This document shows, piece by piece, positions 29,548-39,206 of a DNA stretch of 64,000 nucleotides. The position numbers were made by a program, and so were the translations under genes. The notes beneath the pieces were generated by a model. That model was not told where the DNA came from. It was given only the letters and a program-made list of their open reading frames with translations, and did not search any database. Within the stretch, counting starts at the first letter, position 1. Each line of letters starts with the position of its first letter. This DNA is from Candidatus Sericytochromatia bacterium (GTDB lineage: Bacteria > Cyanobacteriota > Sericytochromatia > S15B-MN24 > UBA4093), in NCBI GenBank assembly GCA_036676495.1, contig JAKFCT010000028.1, positions 1 through 64,000 of the forward strand, in the 5' to 3' direction.

Positions 29548-30375
29548 TTAGTGCTGGAGGATGGTATACCGAACCCGGGCGACCCCGGAACGGACCATGC
29601 CCAGGGCCTCTGCGGCTGCCCGGCTGACGTCGAGGGCGCGCCCGTGGGAATAGGGGCCGCGATCGGTGACCCGAACGAGCGTGGTCTTGCCATTTGCCAG
29701 GTTCGTCACCAGGAGCAAGGTTCCGAAGGGAAGGGTCTTGTGAGCGGCGGTATGGGCATTCATGTCGAAGCGCTCGCCGTTGGCGGAACGGCGGCCGTGA
29801 AACAGGCCCCCGTACCAGGACGCCTTGCCGACCCCGTTTCGCGCTCCAGGCAAGAGCCCGCGCGAGGCCTGCACCTGGATGGGCAGGCCGCCCAGGTGAT
29901 TGCGGAGCGTGTTGACGTAGCGCAGGGTCAAGTCACCTGCCCGTGTGCCCTGCTTGCGGGCGAAGGCTTCGTCGATCTCGATCAGCGGGGTGCTCCCGAC
30001 GGTCACGGCATAGCGACCGCCATGGCGGGCGGGAGTGATCCGGTCACTCCGCAGGGCTCCCTGGGCCCGCAAGGCCATGAGGCGCTGGACGACCCCTTTG
30101 GCGATCGCCCCCTCGTCCTCGAGGAACGTGAAGACAGCCTTGCCGTCGAGATAAACCACCGTCCCCTTGCCCTTGCGCTCCCAGCGGGTAGCAGGCAGCA
30201 CGGGTGCCGGCAGCTCGTCGACGGCGGCGTCGACGAAGGCCTCGGCAGCCGGCACCTGGCGCGCGACGTCCGCCTCGGAGGTGGCCATGGCCCACGGAGC
30301 GAGGGTCAGGCCCGCGACCAGCATCAGGCCGGTGGCGAGGAGGGCGGGCTTTCGGTCTGGACGGTGGGGATTCAC
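29548..30375 (-). CDS. rlpA: RlpA-family septal ring lytic transglycosylase
   Basis: GKASWYG, ANGERFDM, TAAHKTLPFGT, VRVTDRGPY, LDVSRAAA. Confidence 0.85.
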   Translation of the reverse strand: MNPHRPDRKPALLATGLMLVAGLTLAPWAMATSEADVARQVPAAEAFVDAAVDELPAPVLPATRWERKGKGTVVYLDGKAVFTFLEDEGAIAKGVVQRLMALRAQGALRSDRITPARHGGRYAVTVGSTPLIEIDEAFARKQGTRAGDLTLRYVNTLRNHLGGLPIQVQASRGLLPGARNGVGKASWYGGLFHGRRSANGERFDMNAHTAAHKTLPFGTLLLVTNLANGKTTLVRVTDRGPYSHGRALDVSRAAAEALGMVRSGVARVRYTILQH

Positions 30376-30556
30376 GAGGCGTGCTCCTTTCCCGGATCCG
30401 AGGTGACGGCGACGCAGCAACAAAACGCAACAATCCTATCACAACCCTCGGCTGCCAGTCAAAATCCCCCAGCCAAGACGCGCGCCCCCCGGACTCGGGG
30501 GGCGCGCGACAGGCGTCAGGCTAGCTTCGGCGCTCGCGCCGCGGTGTTTGGGGGTG

Positions 30557-31432
30557 CTAGAGCGGGCGCTCGGCTTCGACGAGGACCCAATCGCCCTCGA
30601 CCTCCCGTTCGAGCAGGCGGAAGCCCTGGGCAGCCAAGGCCTGGGCCACGTCATCGGCCTTGCGGGAGATGATCCCCGAGCTGACCAGGCGGCCACCGGG
30701 ACGGGTGATCCGCCAGAGCTCCGGAGCCAGCTCGATGATGACTTCCGCGAGGATGTTGGCGACCACCAGATCCGCTTGTCCCGTCAGGTCCTGGGCGGAA
30801 CCCACCCGGTTCTCCACGGTGACGCGGTTGATGAGCGTGTTCTCCTCGGCCGCCACGACGGCCACCGGATCGTTGTCGACCGCCACGACGTGCGAGGCGC
30901 CCATCATGGCCGCGAGAATCGCCAGGATCCCGGTACCTGCACCCACGTCGTAGACCGTCTCGGCCTTGGATTCGCGCATGGCGCGCTCGACGGCCCGCAT
31001 GCAAAGGCGGGTGGTCGCATGCGTCCCCGTGCCGAAGGCCTGCTTGGGATCCAGGGTGATGACGAGGTCCTCGGGCTGCGGAGCGTACTCCTCCCAGGAG
31101 GGCCGAACCACGATATGCTCCCCGATCCGCTGGACATGCCAGTACTTCTGCCAGCTGGTCGCCCAGTTCTCCTCCGGCAGCGTCCGGGTCTCCACCTGGT
31201 ACGACGCGCCGGGATACGGGCTCAGGCCCTCGCGAATCCCAGCCTCCAGCAGCTCCATGTCGGGAGGCGCGACTTCGGGGAAATAGGCCTTGAGCGTGCT
31301 GGTCTCCTGCTCAGGGGCCTCCGGAGCGCGCTCCGAGACGACGACGCCGGGGACGCCCCGCTCGGTCAGGCTCCAGGCCACCGCTTCGGCAGCCTCGGCG
31401 GGAACGGTGATGGCGAGTTCGAGGTAGTTCAT
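30557..31432 (-). CDS. prmA: Ribosomal protein L11 methyltransferase
   Basis: LDPKQAFGTGTHATT, DVGAGTGIL, ANILA, SGII. Confidence 0.95.
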   Translation of the reverse strand: MNYLELAITVPAEAAEAVAWSLTERGVPGVVVSERAPEAPEQETSTLKAYFPEVAPPDMELLEAGIREGLSPYPGASYQVETRTLPEENWATSWQKYWHVQRIGEHIVVRPSWEEYAPQPEDLVITLDPKQAFGTGTHATTRLCMRAVERAMRESKAETVYDVGAGTGILAILAAMMGASHVVAVDNDPVAVVAAEENTLINRVTVENRVGSAQDLTGQADLVVANILAEVIIELAPELWRITRPGGRLVSSGIISRKADDVAQALAAQGFRLLEREVEGDWVLVEAERPL

Positions 31433-31488
31433 GACCACTTTCGTTTCTTCATGGCGGCGGGCCGCGGCGTTCCAAACCGCCGCGGGCG

Positions 31489-32553
31489 CTAGCTTGCGAC
31501 GACCTTGGTGATGGTGAGGGCGGGGGCGGTGCGCAGATCCAGGGTCGGATAGGGCTGGGAGAGGTCTTTGCCCGCAGCGTCCTGGACGAGGGTCAGGACG
31601 GGACGCGAGGCGAGACGCATGTCCACCTCGGTGACGATCCCCGTCTCGCCCGAGGAGAGCTTGAGGACGGTCCCGGGGGGGTATGGGGCGATGGTCGCGA
31701 TGAAGGTCGTGACCAGCTCCAGCGAGAAGTGGCGATCCGCCTGGGTCATGAGGTACTCGATGGCCTCGTGCGGCAGGAAGCGCTTGCGGTAGACCCGATC
31801 CGAGGTGAGCGCGTCGTAGACGTCGGCGATCGCCCCGATCTGGCCGTTGAGGTGAATGTCATTGCCCTTCAGGCCCTTGGGGTAGCCCGTCCCGTCGAAC
31901 TTCTCGTGATGCTGAAGCACCACGATCTTGGAGTGCGCCGAGAGGGTCTGGATGGAGCGCAGCAGGTCGAAGCCCGAGCGGGCGTGATCCTGCATCTTGG
32001 CGTACTCCTCTTCCGTGAGGCGCCCCGGCTTGTGCAGGATCTCCTCGGAAATCTGCATCTTGCCGACGTCGTGAAGCATCAAGCCCAGGGCCAGGTCCTT
32101 GAGCTTGCGCTCGTCGAGGCCCAGCTGGACCCCGATGATGGTGCCGACCACGCAGACGTTCACCGAGTGCGAGAAGGTGTAGGTGTCGTGGCTCTTGAGA
32201 TCGGCCATCTGGATGATCAGGGTGTCGTTGGCCATGATCGATTCGACGATCCGGGCGGTCACGTCCGAAATGGCCTGCAGGTTGACCCCGGACTTGCCGA
32301 CGTCCCCGAAGGCCCGCCGAATGGTGGTCACGGCCTCCTGGCGCAGCTGCTCCGGGATCACGTCTTGCACCTCGACGCCGGGAACGCGCGGGTCCACCAC
32401 GTAGATGAACCCGTACTGCATTTCCTTCAGGGCCTTGAGGTAACGGTCGGTCAGGGGAGTGCCCTCGCGAAGCAGCACTCGCCCGTCATTGGTGAAGATG
32501 GATTTGCCGAGGACCTGCCCCGGCTGGGCTTTTTCAAGATCAATGGGACGCAT
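31489..32553 (-). CDS. HD-GYP cyclic-dinucleotide phosphodiesterase
   Basis: YTFSHSVNV, LHDVGK, QHHEKFDGTGYP, ADVYDALTSDRVYR. Confidence 0.92.
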   Translation of the reverse strand: MRPIDLEKAQPGQVLGKSIFTNDGRVLLREGTPLTDRYLKALKEMQYGFIYVVDPRVPGVEVQDVIPEQLRQEAVTTIRRAFGDVGKSGVNLQAISDVTARIVESIMANDTLIIQMADLKSHDTYTFSHSVNVCVVGTIIGVQLGLDERKLKDLALGLMLHDVGKMQISEEILHKPGRLTEEEYAKMQDHARSGFDLLRSIQTLSAHSKIVVLQHHEKFDGTGYPKGLKGNDIHLNGQIGAIADVYDALTSDRVYRKRFLPHEAIEYLMTQADRHFSLELVTTFIATIAPYPPGTVLKLSSGETGIVTEVDMRLASRPVLTLVQDAAGKDLSQPYPTLDLRTAPALTITKVVAS

Positions 32554-32560
32554 AAGCTGG

Positions 32561-33208
32561 CTATACCCCGCTTTCGCGGGAGAAAAACCCGCAACTTCCC
32601 TTAACCACCTCGATGAACGCCCTCACGAGGTCCGGATCCTTGCGCCCCGGCGAGCGCTCCACCCCGCTGGAGACGTCCACAGCCTCGACTTGCAGGCGCG
32701 CCAGCAAGTCGCCGACGTTCGACGGACGGAGCCCTCCGGCCACGAGGCGGGGCACGGGGGGCCAGGCCGCGTCCGCAAGCCAGCTCCAATCGAAGGGCTG
32801 CCCCGAGCCCGCTCCGGAATCGAGCAGCAAGCCGTCCAGGCCCGACCAGGCAGACAAATCGTCGAGATCCGAGGGGGCGCGCAGCTGAAGGGCCTTGAAG
32901 ACGGCGAGACTCGGCCGCGCATGCTTGAGGGCCCGCGCGAGCTCGGGGCTCTCCGACCCGTGAAGCTGCAAGGCGCGCAAGCCCGTTACATCCGCCAGGG
33001 CGATCGCCGCTTCCAGCGGCAGGTCCCTCACGACTCCGACCGTCAAGACGAAGGGATGCGCCTCGCGGGCCAGCTCGCGCACCCGCTCCGGCGCCACGTC
33101 ACGCTTGGTGCCCGGCACCATGACGAAGCCCACGGCATCCGCCCCCGCCTGACAGGCGAGACGGACGTCCTCCGGATGCGTCAGCCCACAGATCTTGACC
33201 CGGGTCAT
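32561..33208 (-). CDS. trpF: Phosphoribosylanthranilate isomerase
   Basis: VKICGLT, QLHGSE, GSGQPFDW, AGGLRPSNV, VDVSSGVE. Confidence 0.95.
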   Translation of the reverse strand: MTRVKICGLTHPEDVRLACQAGADAVGFVMVPGTKRDVAPERVRELAREAHPFVLTVGVVRDLPLEAAIALADVTGLRALQLHGSESPELARALKHARPSLAVFKALQLRAPSDLDDLSAWSGLDGLLLDSGAGSGQPFDWSWLADAAWPPVPRLVAGGLRPSNVGDLLARLQVEAVDVSSGVERSPGRKDPDLVRAFIEVVKGSCGFFSRESGV

Positions 33209-33972
33209 GCCAAGAGCGCCTTCACCGCACGCTCCAGATCCGGCTGCGTCAAGAGCGACTCTCCGACCAGCATGGCCTGGACACCCCAGGATTCCAGCTT
33301 TCGCCGGTCCTCGGCCGTCGCGATTCCCGACTCGCTCACCAGGATCGGAGGCTCCGAGAGTCCACGCAAGCGCTCCGCGACCTGGCGGGTCGCCTCCAGA
33401 TCCACCTTGAAGGTCTTGAGGTCCCGGTTGTTCACCCCGATGAGGGGCGCTCCCAGGGTCAAGGCGCGTTCCAGCTCAGCCATGTCGTGGACTTCCAGCA
33501 GGAACTCCAGGTCCCAGCGCGTGCAAGCCTTCATGAGGGAAGCGAGCGTGGCATCGTCGAGCGCCGCGGCGATCAGGAGGACGGCGTCGGCTCCATAGGC
33601 TCGCGCCTGCGGCAGCTGCGCCTCATCGAGGATGAAGTCTTTTCTCAGGACGGGAAGATCGCAGGCCTCACGAGCGGCCTGCAGGTCACTCAGCGACCCT
33701 CCGAAGAAGGTCTCGTCGGTGAGCACCGAGAGGGCGGCCGCTCCGCCTCGCTGGTAGGCGCGGGCCATCTCCGGAGGATTGAAGTCCTCGCGGATGATCG
33801 GGCGGCTCGGGCTCCGGCGCTTGATCTCGGAGATGAGCGCAACGGGGCCGTGGCGAAGCAGGGCCTCTCGGAAGCTCCGACGGGGGAAGCGGGGCTCGGG
33901 AAGCGAGGCCGGATCGATGGCGTCGACCTCACGCCGCTTCTGCGTGAGGATGGTGTCGAGAATGGTCGTCAT
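33205..33972 (-). CDS. trpC: Indole-3-glycerol phosphate synthase
   Basis: EIKRRSPS, LSVLTD, LRKDFI, GVNNRDL, VSESGI, LVGESL. Confidence 0.96.
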   Translation of the reverse strand: MTTILDTILTQKRREVDAIDPASLPEPRFPRRSFREALLRHGPVALISEIKRRSPSRPIIREDFNPPEMARAYQRGGAAALSVLTDETFFGGSLSDLQAAREACDLPVLRKDFILDEAQLPQARAYGADAVLLIAAALDDATLASLMKACTRWDLEFLLEVHDMAELERALTLGAPLIGVNNRDLKTFKVDLEATRQVAERLRGLSEPPILVSESGIATAEDRRKLESWGVQAMLVGESLLTQPDLERAVKALLA

Positions 33973-34002
33973 GGAAGGATCTTACCACGATCCCCGGCAT
34001 GG

Positions 34003-34887
34003 TTAGTGACCGAACTGGACATCCCCTTGAACGCTGGGAAGAGTGAGGGTAAAGGTGCTGCCCAGGTTGCTTCCGGGGCTGTCGGCGACGATGTCGCCGC
34101 CCATGCCGGCCATGAGCTTCTTCACGAGGGGCAAGCCCAGCCCGAGGCCGCCGAAACGGCGGGTGGGGCCGCTCTCGAGCTGCCCGAAGACCGCAAACAG
34201 GGCGGGAAGCTTGGAGGGGGGGATCCCCACCCCCGTATCCGTCACCGCCACGCAGACGCGCTCGGCCTCGACGCTCGCCGTCCAGGAGATCCGGCCTCCT
34301 TCGACGTTGAACTTGATGGCATTGTCGAGGAGGGCCTGCAGGGCGATTTCGAGGCAGAGGCCGTCGGCCCAGACCAAGGGCAGTTGCGGCGAGATCTCCA
34401 TGGCGACCGCGAGTTGCTTGGCCTCCAGCTCCTCGTGGTATTGCCCGATCACGCGGGAAACGGCCTCGTCGAGCTGGATGGGGATGGGGTGAATCTTGAG
34501 GTAGCCGGAGTTGAGCTTGGTCAGCATGATGCTGGTTTCGGCCAGCTGGCCGAGCTTGCGGCTCGCCTGGTGAATCTGCTTGAGAAAGTCGCAGTACTGC
34601 GGCGGCAGCACCCCGGTGGCATCGTCGAGCAGGATCTCGGATAGGCCCTGGATGATGGTGAGGGGCGTCCGCAGCTCATGCCCGATATTGGCCAGGATGT
34701 CGTCATGGAAGGAGGCCACCTCTTGATCGCTGACGCGGGAGCGCTCGGCGTCCGCATGCAGGACCTGGTTGACCCAGGCGAGGTGAAAGAGGAGGTCGGG
34801 GCCGCCCGCGTCGGGTCCGCCCGGGTCGGGTCCGCCCGCGTCGGAGACGGCGCGTGGGGTGGCCGCGGGGCCATGTCGTTGCGTCAT
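34003..34887 (-). CDS. Cytoplasmic histidine kinase (HisKA + HATPase)
   Basis: GHELRTPL, NAIKF, DTGVGI, GLGLGL; no TM segment; start uncertain (34887 or 34956). Confidence 0.85.
   Translation of the reverse strand: MTQRHGPAATPRAVSDAGGPDPGGPDAGGPDLLFHLAWVNQVLHADAERSRVSDQEVASFHDDILANIGHELRTPLTIIQGLSEILLDDATGVLPPQYCDFLKQIHQASRKLGQLAETSIMLTKLNSGYLKIHPIPIQLDEAVSRVIGQYHEELEAKQLAVAMEISPQLPLVWADGLCLEIALQALLDNAIKFNVEGGRISWTASVEAERVCVAVTDTGVGIPPSKLPALFAVFGQLESGPTRRFGGLGLGLPLVKKLMAGMGGDIVADSPGSNLGSTFTLTLPSVQGDVQFGH
34795..34844. repeat. 15-bp tandem repeat x3 inside the kinase N-terminus (DAGGP/DPGGP)
   Basis: GTCGGG(G/T)CCGCCCG(C/G) units. Confidence 0.8.
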
Positions 34888-35170
34888 CGCGAGCGTCCTT
34901 CCTCTCTCCACTGGAGCTCCGGCTTCGCGAGCAGGCTCCTCCCGGAGGCCCGACACGAAACTTCACAACCCGTCACATTATATAACACCTTGCTTGGCTC
35001 CGGGGGTGAAGTTTGTGGAAAGGAGGGCAAAACCCCAGGATTGCCGCCGTTTGACGGCCTTTCGCCTGCTATGATATAAGGAAAGAGCCGTAGTAGAGTT
35101 GCCAACCGACCGGTCTGCGGCCTTCACCAGCAAACATCCGTCGCCACGGCGACGAAGAGGGACGAAGACG

Positions 35171-36442
35171 GTGCTGACGCAACGACGGCGGTTCTCCTTC
35201 CTGGCGACGATGCGCGCCAGCGGCTCCAAGGCTGGCGCCAGCCTGGGGCGGGCAGCCGCAAGCGCTGTCCTATTGGCCACTTTGCTCACCGGCTGCAACG
35301 CCGCGGGATCCCCCAAGACGATCACCCTCTGGCATCCCTGGGGAGGCGCCGAGCTCACGGCTCTCAAGGAAGCCATCAAGGCCTATCAGGCCGAGAATCC
35401 CGGCATCGAGGTGATCGCCCTCCAGGTCCCCTCCGATCGCCTCCAGGACAAGTACCTGCGCTCAGCTGCGGCCAACGGAGGGCCCGACCTCCTGATCGGC
35501 GCCACCGACTGGATCGGCAAGTTCGCCCAGTCCGAGGTCGTCGCCCCGCTCGACGGCCAGGTCCCCGACGACCAGCTGCAGCGCTACCAGAACGTCGCCC
35601 TCTCCGCGCTGCGTTACAAGGGCAAGCTCTACGCCCTCCCCGAAAGCATGGAGACCGTCGCCCTCTACTACAACAAAAAGATGCTTCCGAGCGGTCCCCC
35701 CAAGACGATCCAGGACCTCTTCATCCGGGCCAACTCCCGCGACTACTGGAACGGTGAGTACCTGCTCGCCTACAACACCCAGTTCTACTTCGCCGCGGGC
35801 TACCTCTTCGGCTCGGGAGGCAAGCTCCTCAACACCGAAGGCCAGGCCCAGGTCGACACCCCCGGAGCCGTGCGCTGGCTGAAGCTACTCAAGGCCATGC
35901 GCGAGCATCCCCGCCTTGCCGCCAAGAGCGACTACGGCTACGCCGACGCCCTCTTCCGGGAGCGCAAGGCCGCCATGACCATCAACGGCCCCTGGGCCCT
36001 GGGCGATTACCGGCAGGTCCTCGGCGACGACCTCGGCGTCTCCACCCTGCCGATGGTCGAGGACATGGTGCCTGCCGTGCCGTTCGTCGGCATCAAGTGC
36101 CTGATGTTCAACCCCAACTCGGGCGAGGAACGCCGGGAACGGGCCCTGGCCTTCGCCGACTTCTTCACCTCCCCTTCCAACATGACCCACATGCTGGAAA
36201 AGGCCGGCCACGTCCCGGCCATCAAGGGCATCCCCATCCCCGAAGACAGCCCCCTGGCCGCCTTCGAGCGCCAGGCCAAGTGGGGAACCCCCCTGCCCCC
36301 CGACCCTGAGATGAAGGAAGTCTGGACCCCCATGGACAAGGCCATCGAAGAGGTGCTCACCGACGTCAATCCGCCTTCCAAGGCGATCGCCAACGCCCAG
36401 TCCCTGATCCAGGCCAAGATCGACGCGGTGCGCAAGCAATGA
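35171..36442 (+). CDS. Sugar (maltodextrin-type) ABC transporter substrate-binding lipoprotein
   Basis: Lipobox LTGC, GPDL, YKGKLYALP, LYYNKKM, AAMTINGPW, PEMKEVW; start uncertain. Confidence 0.88.
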   Translation: MLTQRRRFSFLATMRASGSKAGASLGRAAASAVLLATLLTGCNAAGSPKTITLWHPWGGAELTALKEAIKAYQAENPGIEVIALQVPSDRLQDKYLRSAAANGGPDLLIGATDWIGKFAQSEVVAPLDGQVPDDQLQRYQNVALSALRYKGKLYALPESMETVALYYNKKMLPSGPPKTIQDLFIRANSRDYWNGEYLLAYNTQFYFAAGYLFGSGGKLLNTEGQAQVDTPGAVRWLKLLKAMREHPRLAAKSDYGYADALFRERKAAMTINGPWALGDYRQVLGDDLGVSTLPMVEDMVPAVPFVGIKCLMFNPNSGEERRERALAFADFFTSPSNMTHMLEKAGHVPAIKGIPIPEDSPLAAFERQAKWGTPLPPDPEMKEVWTPMDKAIEEVLTDVNPPSKAIANAQSLIQAKIDAVRKQ

Positions 36443-37359
36443 AGAAGAAAGACCTCTCCGAAGCGAACCTCGCCTATCGCTTCATCCTTCCCTCCGCCCT
36501 CGTCATGGCGCTCATCACGGTCTATCCCCTCCTCTACGGAGTCTGGATGGCCTTCACCAACTTCAGCCCGCGCCATATCCGCCACCAGAACCCCGACTTC
36601 GTCGGCCTCCAGAACTTCTGGGACATCCTCAGCCAAGCTCCCTACCTCGACTTCAACTTCCTGAGCGTGCTGGGCTTCAACTTCGTCTGGACCTTCGCCA
36701 ACCTGATCTTCCACGTCTCCCTGGGCGTCGCCCTGGCCCTGCTGATCAACACGCCGGGACTCCGCGGCAAGCGCCTCTACCGCGCCCTCTTGATCCTCCC
36801 CTGGGCCGTCCCCACCTACGTCACGGCCCTGGTCTGGAAGAACATGTTCGACACCCAGTTCGGGGCCGTGAACCTCCTGCTCAAGGAATGGCAGCAAGCC
36901 ATCCCCTTCCTGCCGACCAACATCGACTGGCTGGGGCAATTCCCCCAGGCCTTCTACGCCGTCCTGCTGGTCAACGTCTGGATGGGCTTCCCCTTCATGA
37001 TGATGGTCGCCTCGGGCGCCCTGCAGGCCATTCCCTCGGATCTCTACGAGGCCGCCGACATGGACGGGGCCGGCCCGTGGCGCAAGTTCTGGACCGTCAC
37101 CGTCCCGATGCTCAAGCCCGCCATGGTCCCCGCCATCATGCTCGGCTTCATCTGGACCTTCAACAACTTCAACGTGATCTACTTCGTCACCCAGGGCAAC
37201 CCCTTCGGCAAGACCGAAATCCTCGTCACGCAAGCCTACAAGCTGGTGGATATGGGCATGTACGGACAGGCTTCGGCCTTCGCGCTGATCATCTTCTTCA
37301 TCCTGCTCGGCTTCACCCTGGTGAATCTCAAGATCACCAAGGCCACCCAGGAGGTCTAA
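36439..37359 (+). CDS. Sugar ABC transporter permease (MalF-like)
   Basis: FVGLQNF, LILPWAVP, EAA loop LYEAADMDGA, FNNFNVIY. Confidence 0.9.
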   Translation: MKKKDLSEANLAYRFILPSALVMALITVYPLLYGVWMAFTNFSPRHIRHQNPDFVGLQNFWDILSQAPYLDFNFLSVLGFNFVWTFANLIFHVSLGVALALLINTPGLRGKRLYRALLILPWAVPTYVTALVWKNMFDTQFGAVNLLLKEWQQAIPFLPTNIDWLGQFPQAFYAVLLVNVWMGFPFMMMVASGALQAIPSDLYEAADMDGAGPWRKFWTVTVPMLKPAMVPAIMLGFIWTFNNFNVIYFVTQGNPFGKTEILVTQAYKLVDMGMYGQASAFALIIFFILLGFTLVNLKITKATQEV

Positions 37360-37361
37360 GC

Positions 37362-38228
37362 ATGAACCCGCGACGCCTCAAGCGACTTGCCCACCTCACG
37401 GGCGCCCACCTCGTCCTCGTCGTCTTCGCCCTGTTCTCGATCTTCCCCGTGCTCTGGGTCGTCTCGATGGCGCTCGACCCCAACTCGGTCGCGCGCCCCA
37501 CCGAGCTCAAGCTCCTGCCCTCGGGCATCTCCTTCGAGGCCTTCCGCCAGGTGCTCACCAACCCCACCGAGATCGACGGCATCACCTTCTGGGACCTGCT
37601 TCGCAACTCCATGCTGGTCTCCTTCGGCACCACCGCCTTCGGCATCCTCCTGGGAGCCTCGGGAGCTTACGCCTTCTCGCGCTTCCGCTTCCCGGGCCGC
37701 CAGATGGGCCTGATGACCTTCATCGTGCTCCAGATGTTCCCGGCGGTCGTCTCCATCGCCCCCCTTTACGTCCTGCTCTCCGCCCTGCACATCCGCACCT
37801 CCATCCTCGGCCTGATGATCGCCTATGCGGCCGGCACCCTGCCTTTCGCCATCTGGAACCTCAAGGGCTACTTCGATACCGTCCCCAAGGACCTCGAAGA
37901 AGCCGCCATGATCGACGGCTGCACCCGGACCCAGACCTTCTGGCGGATCGTGCTGCCCCTGTCGGCCCCCGCCGTCGCCGTCACCGCCCTCTTCGGCTTC
38001 ATGACCGGCTGGACCGAGATCATCCTCGCCTGGACCATGCTCGAGAACCCCAAGACCTTCACCCTCGCCATGGCCCTCTACTCGATGGTCGGCCAGTACG
38101 GGACCTTCAAGCCCTGGAGCCAGTTCGCCGCCATGAGCATCATCATCTCCCTGCCCGTGGTGGTGGTCATGCTCTTCCTGCAGCGCTACATCGTCTCCGG
38201 CCTGACCTCCGGCGGGGTCAAGGGGTAG
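37362..38228 (+). CDS. Sugar ABC transporter permease (MalG-like)
   Basis: AYAFSRFRFPGR, QMFP, LEEAAMIDG, QRYIVSGLTSGGVKG. Confidence 0.9.
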   Translation: MNPRRLKRLAHLTGAHLVLVVFALFSIFPVLWVVSMALDPNSVARPTELKLLPSGISFEAFRQVLTNPTEIDGITFWDLLRNSMLVSFGTTAFGILLGASGAYAFSRFRFPGRQMGLMTFIVLQMFPAVVSIAPLYVLLSALHIRTSILGLMIAYAAGTLPFAIWNLKGYFDTVPKDLEEAAMIDGCTRTQTFWRIVLPLSAPAVAVTALFGFMTGWTEIILAWTMLENPKTFTLAMALYSMVGQYGTFKPWSQFAAMSIIISLPVVVVMLFLQRYIVSGLTSGGVKG

Positions 38229-39101
38229 ATGCGCCTCCGGCCCGCGCTGGCACTCGCGCTGGGGCTGCTCCTGATGGGAGGAGCCCCGAACGCCCAGGCC
38301 CAGTTCGACGACACGCACAACTACCGCACGGCTCTCGAGTTCTACCGCCTCGGGGAATGGGGCACCGCCGAACGCATCCTGATCGAGATCCTCGACCGGA
38401 ACGCCGACCACCACCAGGCCCGCTGGACCCTGGCGAGCCTCTACCTGCGCATCGGCCGCCAGGAGGCCGCCACCCCCCTCTTCACCGAGATCGCGAACCG
38501 CGAGGGCGGAGAGCTGGCCCGCCACGCCAAGACCTGGCTCGCGGAAAGTGCCGCGCCGGAGAAGAGCGCGCTCGCCGCTTTCACCCCGGACGCCTCGGGC
38601 TCGGTCACGCTCGCGAGCGCGACGGCCGGGTATCACCTCGCCGAGTTCCCCACCGCCCCCCTCAGCCTCCAGATTCCCGCCGGCTACAAGCTTCAACGCA
38701 GTGACGTCAGGCGCCAAGGCGAGGTCATTCAGGCTCGCTACCTCTTCGCCCCGGACGCCAAGGCCTCCGCACGCCTCGGCCTGACGGTCGAGGTGCTCAC
38801 CCTGGGACGGGGCCAGGAACTCGATGCCGGCAACCACCGGATGGTCATGATCCGCGAGATGCTCTCCCGGGACGGCCTCAACCGAAACACCCCCTTCCGG
38901 GAACAGGACCAGCTCGTGCATGGCCACCTGGCCCACTACCTGGGCTACGCGGATCCCAAGGAGCCCCGGGTCCAGGTCCTCGCCCTGGGAGTCGCCAACG
39001 CGCGCTACCGGGTGATCCTGCGCGCCGCATGCCACGAGTCGATCAGCAAGCAGCACCTGCCCAAGCTGCAGGGGAGTCTCGGCTCGCTTCGGCTCCGCTG
39101 A
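38229..39101 (+). CDS. Secreted TPR-containing protein
   Basis: Signal peptide (AQA), TPR pair (ARWTLASLYLRIG); starts directly after the permease stop. Confidence 0.65.
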   Translation: MRLRPALALALGLLLMGGAPNAQAQFDDTHNYRTALEFYRLGEWGTAERILIEILDRNADHHQARWTLASLYLRIGRQEAATPLFTEIANREGGELARHAKTWLAESAAPEKSALAAFTPDASGSVTLASATAGYHLAEFPTAPLSLQIPAGYKLQRSDVRRQGEVIQARYLFAPDAKASARLGLTVEVLTLGRGQELDAGNHRMVMIREMLSRDGLNRNTPFREQDQLVHGHLAHYLGYADPKEPRVQVLALGVANARYRVILRAACHESISKQHLPKLQGSLGSLRLR

Positions 39102-39206
39102 TCCGGTATACTGACTCGAACATCCGTTTGAAGCCCGCACCCGCGGTTGGTCGATAGCGCCCGCGGCGGGTCCATAGCACCCGAGGCTGATCCATAAGGA
39201 GTCCCC

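Noticed and set aside
35171-38228. Incomplete ABC transporter (no ATPase gene)
   Set aside because: Carbohydrate ABC importers commonly share an ATPase encoded elsewhere (MsmX/MsiK type).
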